The notes under the pieces are model-generated. The model was not told the DNA's origin, did not search any database, and saw only the letters and a program-made list of their open reading frames with translations. From positions 96,001 through 160,000 of the IMG/VR virus record IMGVR_UViG_3300032030_000007: a stretch of 64,000 nucleotides of DNA, one strand, 5' to 3'. The position numbers and the translations under genes are program-made. Below, piece after piece: positions 39,172 through 49,865 of the stretch; the first letter of the stretch is position 1, and every line of letters begins with the position of its first letter. The DNA is from a virus (taxonomy: Duplodnaviria; Caudoviricetes).

Positions 39172-39172
39172 A

Positions 39173-41032
39173 TTAAATAATGTTTAATCGTTTTTTAAAT
39201 TCATTAGGATATTGTTCTTCAGTCTCCAGATAAAGTTTCCACCAACAAGCATCTAATATATATGATACACACCAATCACCATCAAATCTAACACCACGTC
39301 CAATTCCTTGTATGATTTCATTAGATGTTGTTGAATTATACCATAATGGGAATAACTTAATCTTTTCTTTTACTAATTTGTTTGCTAAACTTGGATAAGG
39401 CACTTTCATAATGATTATGAACCTGCATAAATCTCCAGGTAAGTCAATACCTTCATTAAGTGTTGGCCCAACTAATATTGTATTTTCAGAAAATTCATGT
39501 ATTTTAATACAAGTGGTCTTTTCTTTTGAACCATTATAAAGTAACATTCTTTGTTTAATGTCTAATGGTGCTTCTTGATATAACTGTTTAGCAAATGCAT
39601 ATGATCCTGTCTGTATCATTCCTTTTTGATCTGGAAACTTTGTCTTACATATTGAATATATAACATTCTTAAGATGCAAGAATGAATTTTCTTTTTCCCT
39701 AAATGACATCTTAAATTTATTCAAAAAATGAATAGGTGACTTTTCAAAATCAAATGTTGATGGTATTTCTGAATATGTAGATTCTTTTTCTTCAGTATAT
39801 TTGAATCCCATATTCTCATCATATGCACATTTTCCACCAACGGTAGCAGAAAGCATTACTTTATATTCTGCTTGTGACAAAAGATATCTATAAACTATAT
39901 AATCTTCTTTTGTACATTTAAATGATATTGTTATTATCTTATCTGCATTTGATTCTGTTATTTCTTTTAATAGATATTCTTCTCCAGCTTCAGATATAGC
40001 ATGATTAAAGTCTGACCAAAAACATCCCTGATTATGAAACCAAGAACACGTCTTATATAATTGAATATCATTTTTAGTTAATGGAAGATTAGTCTTTCTT
40101 TTATTAGATACATATTGTTCAGCATCAGTAACAACGTCTAAAAACTTTTTCATTATGTTTTCAAACTTATGCATTGCTGCTACATCATCTTTCTTTAATG
40201 TCTTATCATTTATGAATACATTCCAACAACTCATAAGATCACTTGTCATTGCTGATTTAGATGTATAATCATGTAATAATTGAAAGTCAGATGCTGTATT
40301 AAATAAGTCAGGATCATTTCCTTGTGCATAATCCCATAATTCACCAAGCTTATCAAAATCAGATAATTTTATAGTCGGTGAATATTGATTTTGTACTATT
40401 CCAGGTATATTATGGCACTCATCACAAAATAAAATATGACGAGAACTAAATATTGGCTGGCCATGTGAATCTACATTAAATGAAGGATTATTCATTGTGA
40501 ATAAGAATAATTGATATGTCATAAGACATACATTAGATCTTATTGCTTTCTGTCTTACTTTAATATATTCACATTTACGTGCACAATCATATCCGAAACG
40601 TTTTTGTGTATCAGGATTCATCATAGCTGCCCAAGACAAACCGCACATCCTACAATCAGCATTTCGGATATCTTCATTATTAAGTTTACAATTATAATTT
40701 CCTGTTTGCCCTTTAATTGATGCAAATTTCATTTTAGGATGCTTTATGATAAACTTATCATACTGCTCCCATAAGAACAAATCAGAAACTAATATATATG
40801 AAGTCAAATCAAAATATTCATTAAGAACACCAGCAGATATAATATTAATTAATGATTTACCTGAGCCAGTAGGTGCTTCAACAACAATATTCTGTTTTTG
40901 ATTATTAATTATGTTATCTATAATATTAACAATAGCTTCAAGTTGATATACTCTAAACTTGAAATCTTCTCCAATTTTTTCTTTAGTCCACTGTCTAACG
41001 TACTTTTCAATTATTGTTTTATTTACAATCAT
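39173..41032 (-). CDS. DinG/Rad3-family SF2 helicase
   Basis: Q motif RVYQ, EAPTGSGKS, Cys cluster, DECH, SAT, EGIDLPG, QGIGRGVR. Confidence 0.9.
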   Translation of the reverse strand: MIVNKTIIEKYVRQWTKEKIGEDFKFRVYQLEAIVNIIDNIINNQKQNIVVEAPTGSGKSLINIISAGVLNEYFDLTSYILVSDLFLWEQYDKFIIKHPKMKFASIKGQTGNYNCKLNNEDIRNADCRMCGLSWAAMMNPDTQKRFGYDCARKCEYIKVRQKAIRSNVCLMTYQLFLFTMNNPSFNVDSHGQPIFSSRHILFCDECHNIPGIVQNQYSPTIKLSDFDKLGELWDYAQGNDPDLFNTASDFQLLHDYTSKSAMTSDLMSCWNVFINDKTLKKDDVAAMHKFENIMKKFLDVVTDAEQYVSNKRKTNLPLTKNDIQLYKTCSWFHNQGCFWSDFNHAISEAGEEYLLKEITESNADKIITISFKCTKEDYIVYRYLLSQAEYKVMLSATVGGKCAYDENMGFKYTEEKESTYSEIPSTFDFEKSPIHFLNKFKMSFREKENSFLHLKNVIYSICKTKFPDQKGMIQTGSYAFAKQLYQEAPLDIKQRMLLYNGSKEKTTCIKIHEFSENTILVGPTLNEGIDLPGDLCRFIIIMKVPYPSLANKLVKEKIKLFPLWYNSTTSNEIIQGIGRGVRFDGDWCVSYILDACWWKLYLETEEQYPNEFKKRLNII

Positions 41033-41323
41033 AATATGTCAAATATATTAATATTAATATAGACAATTATAAGTAAAAATTTAACACCCAATAATTTTTT
41101 CTAATATATCTTCAGATAAGTTTTTATTGAATTTAGGCTTAATACCAATTCCAATGTAAGGATAATCTACAAATTCTTCTTCATCATTAAAATCAATTTC
41201 ACAATGATTATTATTTTCATTCATATGTTATATTCGTATTTTTTGTTGAAGTTATATTATCTTCATATTCTTTTTGAATAACATCTAATAAAGATGTTTC
41301 TGTTGATATTTCTTTAACCATAG

Positions 41324-41884
41324 TTAATATGCATTATAATATAAACAATATGTTTCTCCAGTTTCAATATTAATGAATTCATAGAATGTATCTCCATTAT
41401 AAAGATCTTCAGCATCTTTCAACGTATAATGAGGCACGTGTTTAGCATTTTTTAATTCCTTTTCAAACTGTTTTCTATCTGCTTCATTTTTATATGTCAA
41501 ATAACTATTAAGACAAGTATTTTTAAATTCTTCTATATTATCGAATTTTTCTATTAATTCAACATTACCACCATTCTCATATTCCTCATCTCCAGGTCCA
41601 TATACTTCTTTAAATTTAAATAATGTTCTATATGTTGTATCATGCAAATCTGTCCAATCATATGTATGCCATTCACCTTCACATTCATAAGCGCCTTTTC
41701 CTGCTCCACCACAATAGAATATCTTAGCATCTGGATATTTCTTTTGCCATTCTTTTAATACATTTAAAAATTCAGGACGTTTATCTGCTTCTTTCTTAAA
41801 CTTATTAATCAATTTAATTAATTCATTAAGATCATTTAAATCTAAATCTTTTAATAGATTTTCCCAATATTTCTTTTCAAACAT
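41324..41884 (-). CDS. hypothetical protein
   Basis: ORF in array. Confidence 0.75.
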   Translation of the reverse strand: MFEKKYWENLLKDLDLNDLNELIKLINKFKKEADKRPEFLNVLKEWQKKYPDAKIFYCGGAGKGAYECEGEWHTYDWTDLHDTTYRTLFKFKEVYGPGDEEYENGGNVELIEKFDNIEEFKNTCLNSYLTYKNEADRKQFEKELKNAKHVPHYTLKDAEDLYNGDTFYEFINIETGETYCLYYNAY

Positions 41885-41892
41885 ATCACTAA

Positions 41893-42204
41893 TTATTTTT
41901 TGTTAATAAATTGTTTCTTATCACGTTTCGCTATCTTAATTGCAGAATTCATTTTTGATATAAGATCTTTTTTTATACCATCTTCTAACATAAATAAATC
42001 TATATGATTTAAAATAAAATTAGCAACATCAATTGTTTCATCACATGAATGTTCATCAATTAAACTATCTGCACTTATTAAAGAAACTACAAACATACTT
42101 CTTGCAGTTTCATTTTCAAGTATAGAATTATAGTTTAATATACGATTACAAAATTTAATAAGATTTTGATTCTGTTCAATCTTCTTTATTATATTCTCGT
42201 TCAT
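41893..42204 (-). CDS. hypothetical protein
   Basis: ORF in array. Confidence 0.7.
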   Translation of the reverse strand: MNENIIKKIEQNQNLIKFCNRILNYNSILENETARSMFVVSLISADSLIDEHSCDETIDVANFILNHIDLFMLEDGIKKDLISKMNSAIKIAKRDKKQFINKK

Positions 42205-42556
42205 AATTATTTAATTTTTCTTCTAATGAATGTTTCGTTGTTTCTAAATTTGCAATTGTAGTTTTATAATGCAATATAGATTTTTCAATATTTTTAATTT
42301 CTGTTTTTATTTCTTCAATACATGCATTTTGTGCTTCTTCATAATTATCATATACATATTGGTTTACAAATGCTTCATGTTCATTACCTAATAGATTACT
42401 TATAAATAATGTATCATCAAGAATTTTAAATTTAATTCTCGACATTCTAAAATTCATATTATGCGCATCACCAAGATGTCTGCATTTACAAACTCTATCT
42501 AATAATATATGATAAAATATATCACCTTCTTTCAAATCATTTAACCAAACCTTCAT
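42176..42556 (-). CDS. hypothetical protein (DLKxGDxxY family)
   Basis: LNDLKEGDIFY plus a C-terminal coiled coil. Confidence 0.7.
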   Translation of the reverse strand: MKVWLNDLKEGDIFYHILLDRVCKCRHLGDAHNMNFRMSRIKFKILDDTLFISNLLGNEHEAFVNQYVYDNYEEAQNACIEEIKTEIKNIEKSILHYKTTIANLETTKHSLEEKLNNYEREYNKED

Positions 42557-43025
42557 GTTCTTCTAACCATATATTTCGTTTTTCTTCAGATAAAGAAGCG
42601 AGCCATTTATATTTAAGTTTCCCACAATCAAATTTATTTCCTTTGCACATAAATGACCATGGTGCCATACATTCTGTTACTGCGTGATTATTATAAAAAC
42701 CATCAAAATACCAGCAATGACTTCCATGATGTTCAAGATATTTGTTTAATGGCCTGTCAACTGCTGTACGTTTTTTACGCTCTTTATTTGGGTGTTTAAG
42801 CTTAATTAATGTTTCAACTTCAATTGGTTCATCTCTCCAATCCATTTCAAAACCAAGTTGTTGAGGCGTAACTTTTTTATAATGAGTATTCAAATATTGC
42901 ACAGTTAATTCGTCATTTGCTTGTCTATAAAACCCAGGTTCACCCCAACCTTCATACCATTCATCATAAACTGGCTTAATATCAAATAAATGATATGTTC
43001 CATCTCTATTTCTGGCTACCCACAT
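42537..43025 (-). CDS. hypothetical protein (WVA...WxDEP family plus a Cys/His domain)
   Basis: MWVARNRDG...WRDEPIEV. Confidence 0.7.
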   Translation of the reverse strand: MWVARNRDGTYHLFDIKPVYDEWYEGWGEPGFYRQANDELTVQYLNTHYKKVTPQQLGFEMDWRDEPIEVETLIKLKHPNKERKKRTAVDRPLNKYLEHHGSHCWYFDGFYNNHAVTECMAPWSFMCKGNKFDCGKLKYKWLASLSEEKRNIWLEEHEGLVK

Positions 43026-43137
43026 AATATAGTACTTTCTAATATTACTGTATTGCTTTGATTATTTTCATTTGATTTTTCAATGTTTGTTCCTTCATTG
43101 AAATATTCGTCATTTTGTTTATTCATAGATATTATGT

Positions 43138-43467
43138 TTAAAAATTTTTTATAATCTTATAAAATAAATCAATAGGCCAAAGTATAAAAAGTACATAATA
43201 TATAATATTTGTAAATTCTTTTACCTTTTTATCACTACTCATTGCATGTGCTCCATAACTGCAATCATTTACCCAATATAATCCTATATCATCTTTATAA
43301 TATTTTTCTGGATATTTCCTAATTAAATAATCCATATATTTATTTATGAATACTTCTTCTAATGAATTATCATTAACAATAGAAAATGTTATACCAAGAG
43401 CAAAATATCCTATTATAGCAAAGATAAGTAAAATTATTAATCCAATTATTTCAAGTATTGTCATCAT
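43138..43467 (-). CDS. membrane protein
   Basis: Two transmembrane segments with an LWP motif; resembles 50028..50333. Confidence 0.7.
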   Translation of the reverse strand: MMTILEIIGLIILLIFAIIGYFALGITFSIVNDNSLEEVFINKYMDYLIRKYPEKYYKDDIGLYWVNDCSYGAHAMSSDKKVKEFTNIIYYVLFILWPIDLFYKIIKNF

Positions 43468-43475
43468 TTAATATA

Positions 43476-43847
43476 TTAATTTTTATTTATTTTATTAATA
43501 AAATTATCAAATTCTTTTTCTTCATCTTCTTTACATTTAGGACATAAAGTTTTTGCCCAACCACGTACAGATAAAGTCTTTACATTTTCTGATGTACCAC
43601 AATATTCACAAATATTTCTAGAACGTAAACATATCCTAAGTATTTGTTCTTGGAGATCTTTATAATAGAAATCTAAATCAATTTGAAGAATACCCCATTT
43701 TTCTTTAACATCTACTATATGAGCAGGAAATTCAAGATTTGGATGTTCTTCATTGAATTTATTAACCAAATCTATAGCTTCATTAATCAAAGGAATCCAT
43801 CCTTCTCCAGTAGCGCATTTCCAATCATCATATTGTATTATGTTCAT
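43476..43847 (-). CDS. conserved phage hypothetical protein with a Zn finger
   Basis: GEGW..LI, VKEKWG.L, CEYCG...TLC. Confidence 0.8.
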   Translation of the reverse strand: MNIIQYDDWKCATGEGWIPLINEAIDLVNKFNEEHPNLEFPAHIVDVKEKWGILQIDLDFYYKDLQEQILRICLRSRNICEYCGTSENVKTLSVRGWAKTLCPKCKEDEEKEFDNFINKINKN

Positions 43848-44323
43848 ATATCATCAAAATCATTATTTATTTTTTCTACCTCCTTACGGCAATAGTCATA
43901 CACTGTATATAAATCACGAGAAACCTCCATTCGTTCTATAACATTTTTATAGATTTCCAATTTAGCATTCTTTATGACTTCATTAAGTGCTTTAGTATCT
44001 GATTTAGGTCCGAAACGTTTCTGACGTCCGTCTTGTAGCTTATTTTTTGCAGCCAAAAATTTTTCAAAATCATCTTTATTTTTTAAATATTCATCAAGTT
44101 TTTCTTGAAAATCTATTGTATTTATTTTTGTTGATGGTTCTGACCATGGTTTCTTTTGAACATTCTTTTTTGATTCATTATTAGATTTTTCAAAATTCTG
44201 AATGTCATTAACTGCTTGACGATAAGATATATCAATAACTTCTTCCGTCATTTTAAAAGAAAGTTTCAAGTTATCTTGAAGCTCCTTGATTTTCTTATCA
44301 ATATATTTTTCTCTATCACTCAT
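43844..44323 (-). CDS. hypothetical protein
   Basis: ORF in array. Confidence 0.7.
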   Translation of the reverse strand: MSDREKYIDKKIKELQDNLKLSFKMTEEVIDISYRQAVNDIQNFEKSNNESKKNVQKKPWSEPSTKINTIDFQEKLDEYLKNKDDFEKFLAAKNKLQDGRQKRFGPKSDTKALNEVIKNAKLEIYKNVIERMEVSRDLYTVYDYCRKEVEKINNDFDDI

Positions 44324-44600
44324 AATTTATTTTTTTAATGTTAAGAACTCTAATTGGTGCAGTTGTAGATAAAATTTCATGTTCATTATTTTTTTCTAAT
44401 AAAAAGTTTGTACCCTGAAAAGAACATGAATAAATACTATCATTTGAATATAAAACATATTCAGTAATTGATCTTCCATAATAAACCAATACAATAGTTC
44501 TATAATTTGGATTATCTACATTATATATTATACTATTTGGTTTATCACAACTTATTAATATTAATATAGTAAATAAAATTGAAAATAAAAAATTACGCAT
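44316..44600 (-). CDS. putative lipoprotein
   Basis: Signal peptide with an LISC lipobox. Confidence 0.7.
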   Translation of the reverse strand: MRNFLFSILFTILILISCDKPNSIIYNVDNPNYRTIVLVYYGRSITEYVLYSNDSIYSCSFQGTNFLLEKNNEHEILSTTAPIRVLNIKKINYE

Positions 44601-45138
44601 AAGATGATTTACTTATTTTATCAAGTATATTTTGCAATCCACTATTAAAATTTTCATTATCATAATAACTACAATTTATGTAATAATCACATAAGAACTC
44701 TCTCCAGTCATCCCCAGTATCAGGTAATACTCCTTCCAATATTTCTTTAGATTCACAATCCCATTCTGATTTAATATCATTATATATATCAAAGTAATAT
44801 TCTTCCTTTACTCTATCAATATATGATTCTAATGTATAAGTGTCTTTTAAATATTCAAGTATTTCGTCATTATCTATTACACTTAATACATTATCTAATC
44901 CAAATTCATCAATTATATCGTTAAGATCATATTCTATTTGAAGTGCATTACATATATCATCTAAATTACATTCCTTAACAATATCTTCAATATCATATTC
45001 TTTATCAGGATTATCATATTCTGATGCAGCATTAATAATATCGGATGAACTACATGCATTATATTCTAATCCTGAATTAATGATTTCATCAAATGTACAA
45101 GACTCCCAGACTTCTTTTAAAAGTTCTTCTTTTGTCAT
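44593..45138 (-). CDS. acidic hypothetical protein
   Basis: Asp/Glu-rich short helical repeats. Confidence 0.7.
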   Translation of the reverse strand: MTKEELLKEVWESCTFDEIINSGLEYNACSSSDIINAASEYDNPDKEYDIEDIVKECNLDDICNALQIEYDLNDIIDEFGLDNVLSVIDNDEILEYLKDTYTLESYIDRVKEEYYFDIYNDIKSEWDCESKEILEGVLPDTGDDWREFLCDYYINCSYYDNENFNSGLQNILDKISKSSYA

Positions 45139-45139
45139 A

Positions 45140-45415
45140 TTAAAAATGATTTTCGTCTAAATATTTATCAATTGCTGCTGCTATTAAAGCACCAGCCTTT
45201 TGAAGATTTCTTAATGTTACTGTTGGCTTCCAATATGTGTAATCCCAAGACTTAGGCCAATCATCAATTGTAATATCTTCATAATTTACCTTAGTATAGC
45301 ATACTGCTGCTCTAAGTAAATCTTCTAAAGATTCTTGTCTATCATGTTCATAATCATAACCTTCTTCAGTTATCTGACGATTACGTTCTTGTTCAATTAG
45401 TTTAACTCCGTTCAT
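45140..45415 (-). CDS. conserved phage hypothetical protein
   Basis: ERxRQIxxEGY...HD...WP..W...RNLxKAGALIAA motif. Confidence 0.8.
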   Translation of the reverse strand: MNGVKLIEQERNRQITEEGYDYEHDRQESLEDLLRAAVCYTKVNYEDITIDDWPKSWDYTYWKPTVTLRNLQKAGALIAAAIDKYLDENHF

Positions 45416-45747
45416 ATTGATTCTATTTTATTAATATCATATTGTTCTGCTTCATTATTCCAATAAGGATCTAAATCATTAATTAATTCAATACCTTCAT
45501 CATCCTCACCAGATTCTATTGCTGTATATAATTTAATACTTACTGGTTCAATACAATGTTCATGATCTCCCCAATGACGCATAGAGTCATCCATTGCGTC
45601 AGCACATTGATTTACGTAATCCAATATACGTTCTTTAATAGATTCTCCTTCTCCCATACTTGTATTAGAATCACAAACTACATCAAAAGTAACTCTTACA
45701 GGATAATCTTGTTCATCTTGTATTTTGTTTAATATTTCTTTATTCAT
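45412..45747 (-). CDS. hypothetical protein
   Basis: ORF in array. Confidence 0.7.
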   Translation of the reverse strand: MNKEILNKIQDEQDYPVRVTFDVVCDSNTSMGEGESIKERILDYVNQCADAMDDSMRHWGDHEHCIEPVSIKLYTAIESGEDDEGIELINDLDPYWNNEAEQYDINKIESI

Positions 45748-45761
45748 AATATTTAATTTAT

Positions 45762-45992
45762 TTAAACAACAATAACATCATTAAAATCAAATTTATATGT
45801 AAGTAAATCTTCAATAGATATATCTTTTGGGAGAATAATATTATTCATTTCTAAGCATTCTTTAACTCGTGCATAATCATCTTGCATTTGTTCAATTCCT
45901 GCTTGTTGATGTGCAAATTTATCCATATAATCAATAATCATTGATTTATTGTTTGTCTCCCATATTTCTTTAATAATTAATTCTTTATTCAT
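45762..45992 (-). CDS. hypothetical protein
   Basis: ORF in array. Confidence 0.65.
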   Translation of the reverse strand: MNKELIIKEIWETNNKSMIIDYMDKFAHQQAGIEQMQDDYARVKECLEMNNIILPKDISIEDLLTYKFDFNDVIVV

Positions 45993-46009
45993 TTTCTTCC
46001 AATTCTTAT

Positions 46010-46333
46010 TTATTCTCTAAATTTCATATTTTTAATAAACTTATGAAGATTTTCTTCAAGACTTAAATATTCAAAGAATGTATGATTATTCGGGTGTTCC
46101 ATTAAATCTTCATAAATATTTACATAATCAATATATTGTTTAATTTCTTCATCAGACATATTACAATATATTAATGCAAATCCTTTTGCATAAGGGTCCA
46201 TAATTCCCCACTCGCCATTATGCTCAAATATTGCAAATCCATTTAATACACCATCTTTCTTTGAAAACAATGCTCGATTAGCCCAGAAATCATCAAACTG
46301 CCAACCTAACTCTTCTAACTGTTTTTTAGTCAT
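46010..46333 (-). CDS. hypothetical protein
   Basis: ORF in array. Confidence 0.7.
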   Translation of the reverse strand: MTKKQLEELGWQFDDFWANRALFSKKDGVLNGFAIFEHNGEWGIMDPYAKGFALIYCNMSDEEIKQYIDYVNIYEDLMEHPNNHTFFEYLSLEENLHKFIKNMKFRE

Positions 46334-46335
46334 AA

Positions 46336-46662
46336 TTACCTATGTTCAAAAAAATCAATTAATGTAAAAATTATAGTATCTAAATCATCCAATCTTTCAA
46401 TAAAATCTCCAATTCTAGAATCATCATTTTCGAATCTTAATGAAAACATTCCATAATAATCAGGACATGGATCTGTACGTTCTGGAGAATATTCATTATG
46501 ATAATCTTGAATATCTATATATAATTTTTTATGATTTAAATTTTGATCTTCTAATTCATTATTTAATTCCATTAAATCTATACATAATGATTCTAAATAG
46601 TAAACACTTATCTTATCATTAATCTTTTTAGCTTCCTGTATATTATCAATTGTTATTTTCAT
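46336..46662 (-). CDS. hypothetical protein
   Basis: ORF in array. Confidence 0.7.
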   Translation of the reverse strand: MKITIDNIQEAKKINDKISVYYLESLCIDLMELNNELEDQNLNHKKLYIDIQDYHNEYSPERTDPCPDYYGMFSLRFENDDSRIGDFIERLDDLDTIIFTLIDFFEHR

Positions 46663-46680
46663 ATTTAATTTAATATAGTA

Positions 46681-47055
46681 TTATTCTCCCCATTTATTAA
46701 TTAATGAATCTAACATTAATGTAATATAAAAATCTTTAAAATTTATAATCTTATTTTTATATCTTTCTTTAATAGTATCAGGAACTTTAATATCAGTAAG
46801 TTTAATTCCCATATAATCTAAACATTGTTTTGGTGTTATAATTCCATGCTCAGCATCAAGATGATGTTTCTCACAAAGAGCAGCACCATTTGAAATATAA
46901 TAACCACCATCTTTCCAAAGTTTACGATCCATTATATGATGCGCATCAACAGCTTTACAAGAACATCCTGGGACACAACACTTCCCATCAGTTCTTGCAA
47001 ATACTTGCTTCTTAAACTCTTCACGAGTCAATAATGTGTCTTTTTCTTGTTTCAT
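46681..47055 (-). CDS. HNH endonuclease
   Basis: CxxxxC...DAHHI...NGAALCEKHH. Confidence 0.8.
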   Translation of the reverse strand: MKQEKDTLLTREEFKKQVFARTDGKCCVPGCSCKAVDAHHIMDRKLWKDGGYYISNGAALCEKHHLDAEHGIITPKQCLDYMGIKLTDIKVPDTIKERYKNKIINFKDFYITLMLDSLINKWGE

Positions 47056-47546
47056 TTATTTAATTTAATTTTATTATCAAATTCTTCCCTTTTATTTTCC
47101 CAATATTTAACTGAAGATTTAGCTTCTTCTAATTCTTTGTTAATATGTTCTGTTGCTTTATCATAAAGAATATTTTGTATTCTTTCCCAAATTTTATCTG
47201 GAATTTCTGAATATTCTAATTCGGGATGCTGCCATTCTCTATAATAACATTCTGGATCATTAAAATAATAAAAAGTCCAATCTTCCCCTTCTCTATCCCA
47301 ATTATAGCAATATCGTAAACTTACAGTATAATGTTTTGTCCGAACATCTTTATCAAGTATATCTATTAATTCTATTTGAACTCTACATTCATCAAATTCA
47401 GGTTTTTTAAATCTTTCAGGTTGACTTGAAAAAAATTTACCAAAGAATTTTTTACAAACTTCATCAGTAATCATTACTTCATCAGTTGCAACTGGACAAT
47501 ATTTTAATAATGTCTTAATGTTTTGTATTCTTTCTTCAATCTTCAT
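47052..47546 (-). CDS. hypothetical protein
   Basis: ORF in array. Confidence 0.7.
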   Translation of the reverse strand: MKIEERIQNIKTLLKYCPVATDEVMITDEVCKKFFGKFFSSQPERFKKPEFDECRVQIELIDILDKDVRTKHYTVSLRYCYNWDREGEDWTFYYFNDPECYYREWQHPELEYSEIPDKIWERIQNILYDKATEHINKELEEAKSSVKYWENKREEFDNKIKLNK

Positions 47547-47895
47547 CTTTATTCATTATTATATCAAGTGCATCAATTTCAATAATCTTATATACAAAAT
47601 CCATTATGTCTTTTCTAGAATCTTTATTTTCTTTCATTACTCCTTTGAAAAAATTCATAACCATTTTTCTAACTTTGCTAATATATTTATACCAGCAATG
47701 TCTCGCATCAATAAATCCTTCTTCAAATCCAACTCCATAAACATGTTCTAAAATATCGTAAAGGCCATCTTTAATTTCATCAAATTTGTCTTCTCCTATT
47801 TTACGACGAACACAATCCCATTCATCCCAATTAAAAAATTCCCAATGATCATTAACTTCTTTAAAAGGCTTAATCATATTTTTTATAAAAATCAA
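47536..47895 (-). CDS. hypothetical protein
   Basis: ORF in array; the start is probably the ATG at 47877. Confidence 0.65.
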   Translation of the reverse strand: MIFIKNMIKPFKEVNDHWEFFNWDEWDCVRRKIGEDKFDEIKDGLYDILEHVYGVGFEEGFIDARHCWYKYISKVRKMVMNFFKGVMKENKDSRKDIMDFVYKIIEIDALDIIMNKDED

Positions 47896-48322
47896 AATTC
47901 TTAAATTGTTCTTGATGATATGTTTTTAATCTTATCAATTTATTTGTTTTTTCTTGAAGTTTTTTAATTTCATTTTCAAGATTCAGAAATGGAATAGCAA
48001 AATATTTCTTATAAAATTCTTCTGCATATTCTAAACATGTAGTCATTTGATGATCTTTACCTACATCATTCCAAGAAACACCTGGCCAAAATCTTTGCGG
48101 AGTACCATCCCATTTAGAACCGCACCAATAATCAGTTTCAGGATTATAATTTATGGGAATTATATGACATTCATATTCATATTTATTTGGACCAGTAAAT
48201 GTCATATCATCAACTAATTCATATTCACAAAATATAGGTTGAAATTTTTTATAATCTATTCCAACCCAATATAAGTGGTCTCCTTTTTTAAGATCTTTGA
48301 ATTTTGTATTTTTATCTGCCAT
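47870..48322 (-). CDS. hypothetical protein (DLKxGDxxY family)
   Basis: KFKDLKKGDHLYW plus a coiled coil. Confidence 0.7.
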   Translation of the reverse strand: MADKNTKFKDLKKGDHLYWVGIDYKKFQPIFCEYELVDDMTFTGPNKYEYECHIIPINYNPETDYWCGSKWDGTPQRFWPGVSWNDVGKDHQMTTCLEYAEEFYKKYFAIPFLNLENEIKKLQEKTNKLIRLKTYHQEQFKNFDFYKKYD

Positions 48323-48339
48323 AAATTAATCCGTCTTAT

Positions 48340-48996
48340 TCATTTAATTAATTCTGCTTTCTTCCAATTCTTTGTCCAATGCTCATCTGTAGTCACATGA
48401 TCCTTGCGTACCCACTTGCAAACATATTTAGAAAAATCTTCAATCTTAAATGAATCTGTTCTTCTTACTACTACTCCTTCACGTATATCTCCATACCATT
48501 CAGATTCATGCACATATTTTTCAACTAATTTCTGTAATTCATTTTCATTATAAATTCTTCCTCTCCATAATTCAGGAACAGTAGGAATATTCATAATGTC
48601 TGCCATCATTTTAACATCATCCCATGAATACCAATTAACATTATCATTAACAGCAAATAAATGAAAATAATCAGTTAACTTATTATAATGAATTGAATGT
48701 TCACCATAAAGATTTTCACCATAAATAGTTTCATCTTCTCCAATAAACTGTTTAATTTTCCAATAAAGACCTTCTTGTGGGTCCCATATATTTCGTGACC
48801 ATGGAGAACGTGTAGGAGCGCCATCAGATCTTGCATAACAATCTTTTTGATTCATATGAATGTTTTCACCATCAAGCTTAGCAGTTATAACAATCTCCTG
48901 CCCTATATAGTTTTTAAACCAACCATCCTGGAGCTTCTTATCATCTTTAGTAGCCCCAGGAGAATATGGTAAATGATATGTTCTAGGATATTTCAT
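48340..48996 (-). CDS. ATP-dependent RNA ligase (Rnl2-like nucleotidyltransferase domain)
   Basis: KYPRTYHLPYSPG, motif I KLDGEN, YGE, FAV, EGVVVR, KWVR. Confidence 0.88.
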   Translation of the reverse strand: MKYPRTYHLPYSPGATKDDKKLQDGWFKNYIGQEIVITAKLDGENIHMNQKDCYARSDGAPTRSPWSRNIWDPQEGLYWKIKQFIGEDETIYGENLYGEHSIHYNKLTDYFHLFAVNDNVNWYSWDDVKMMADIMNIPTVPELWRGRIYNENELQKLVEKYVHESEWYGDIREGVVVRRTDSFKIEDFSKYVCKWVRKDHVTTDEHWTKNWKKAELIK

Positions 48997-49440
48997 TTAA
49001 TATATACAATTTTTATTAGTTTCTTTTTCTTCCCACAGTTTCATTACAACTTCCTGTTTATTTTTGAAATCTTGAATATCTTTTAAAGTCTTTAATCTAG
49101 ATTTCCATTTTTCTAAATCTTCCTTATCTTTAATAGCAATTCTAGATAATGTATTCTTATCATTTTTATCTAATGGATTAGTTTCTTGAAACATTCGTAT
49201 AGAATTCCAATATTCTTTATTCTTTTCTTTATATTCTAAACAATATGGGAGTGCACTTATAAATTCTTTATCAGTTATTCCAAATGTATCTTTATATGCC
49301 CTAAGTTCAATTGGTATATTTTCAGGTCTTTTTGCATTATATTCAATTGCATGTTGTTTCTCACATTGATAACATTGTATAAGTGCAACAATAATACAAG
49401 TTGCAAAAACTATTGTGAAAGTTAAACCAGTATAATTCAT
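48997..49440 (-). CDS. membrane-anchored hypothetical protein
   Basis: N-terminal transmembrane helix. Confidence 0.7.
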   Translation of the reverse strand: MNYTGLTFTIVFATCIIVALIQCYQCEKQHAIEYNAKRPENIPIELRAYKDTFGITDKEFISALPYCLEYKEKNKEYWNSIRMFQETNPLDKNDKNTLSRIAIKDKEDLEKWKSRLKTLKDIQDFKNKQEVVMKLWEEKETNKNCIY

Positions 49441-49856
49441 TGTTCTATAAATTGAAAAACACGTTTACCTTTTTCTCTTGTATATTTATTATAAAATGAT
49501 TTTAATGCAATATTGAATTCCTCATCAGTTAATTTAATATATCCTTCATCATTCCATTCTTTAACAGCATAACTCCACCATTTATAATCATTTATTCCTT
49601 CTTCTCTGAAATCCCATCCTACAACAAAACTAAGATGCTTAATTGCAATATCATGACATATTTTATCAAATTCTTTTTTCAATTCAGGATGTGATCTCCA
49701 GAATTCATCTGATGTAAATCCAAAAAGATATTTAGAACTAACGGGATGCCTAACAATCCATTGTGAATGCTTATACTTTGGAAGATATACTTCTATAGCT
49801 CGTGTTTCATATGATGCACCCCTAAAAATAATTTTGTATTCTGTACTCATATTCAT
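49437..49856 (-). CDS. hypothetical protein
   Basis: Starts 10 nt downstream of the tRNA-like RNA. Confidence 0.7.
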   Translation of the reverse strand: MNMSTEYKIIFRGASYETRAIEVYLPKYKHSQWIVRHPVSSKYLFGFTSDEFWRSHPELKKEFDKICHDIAIKHLSFVVGWDFREEGINDYKWWSYAVKEWNDEGYIKLTDEEFNIALKSFYNKYTREKGKRVFQFIEQ

Positions 49857-49865
49857 TTATTTTTG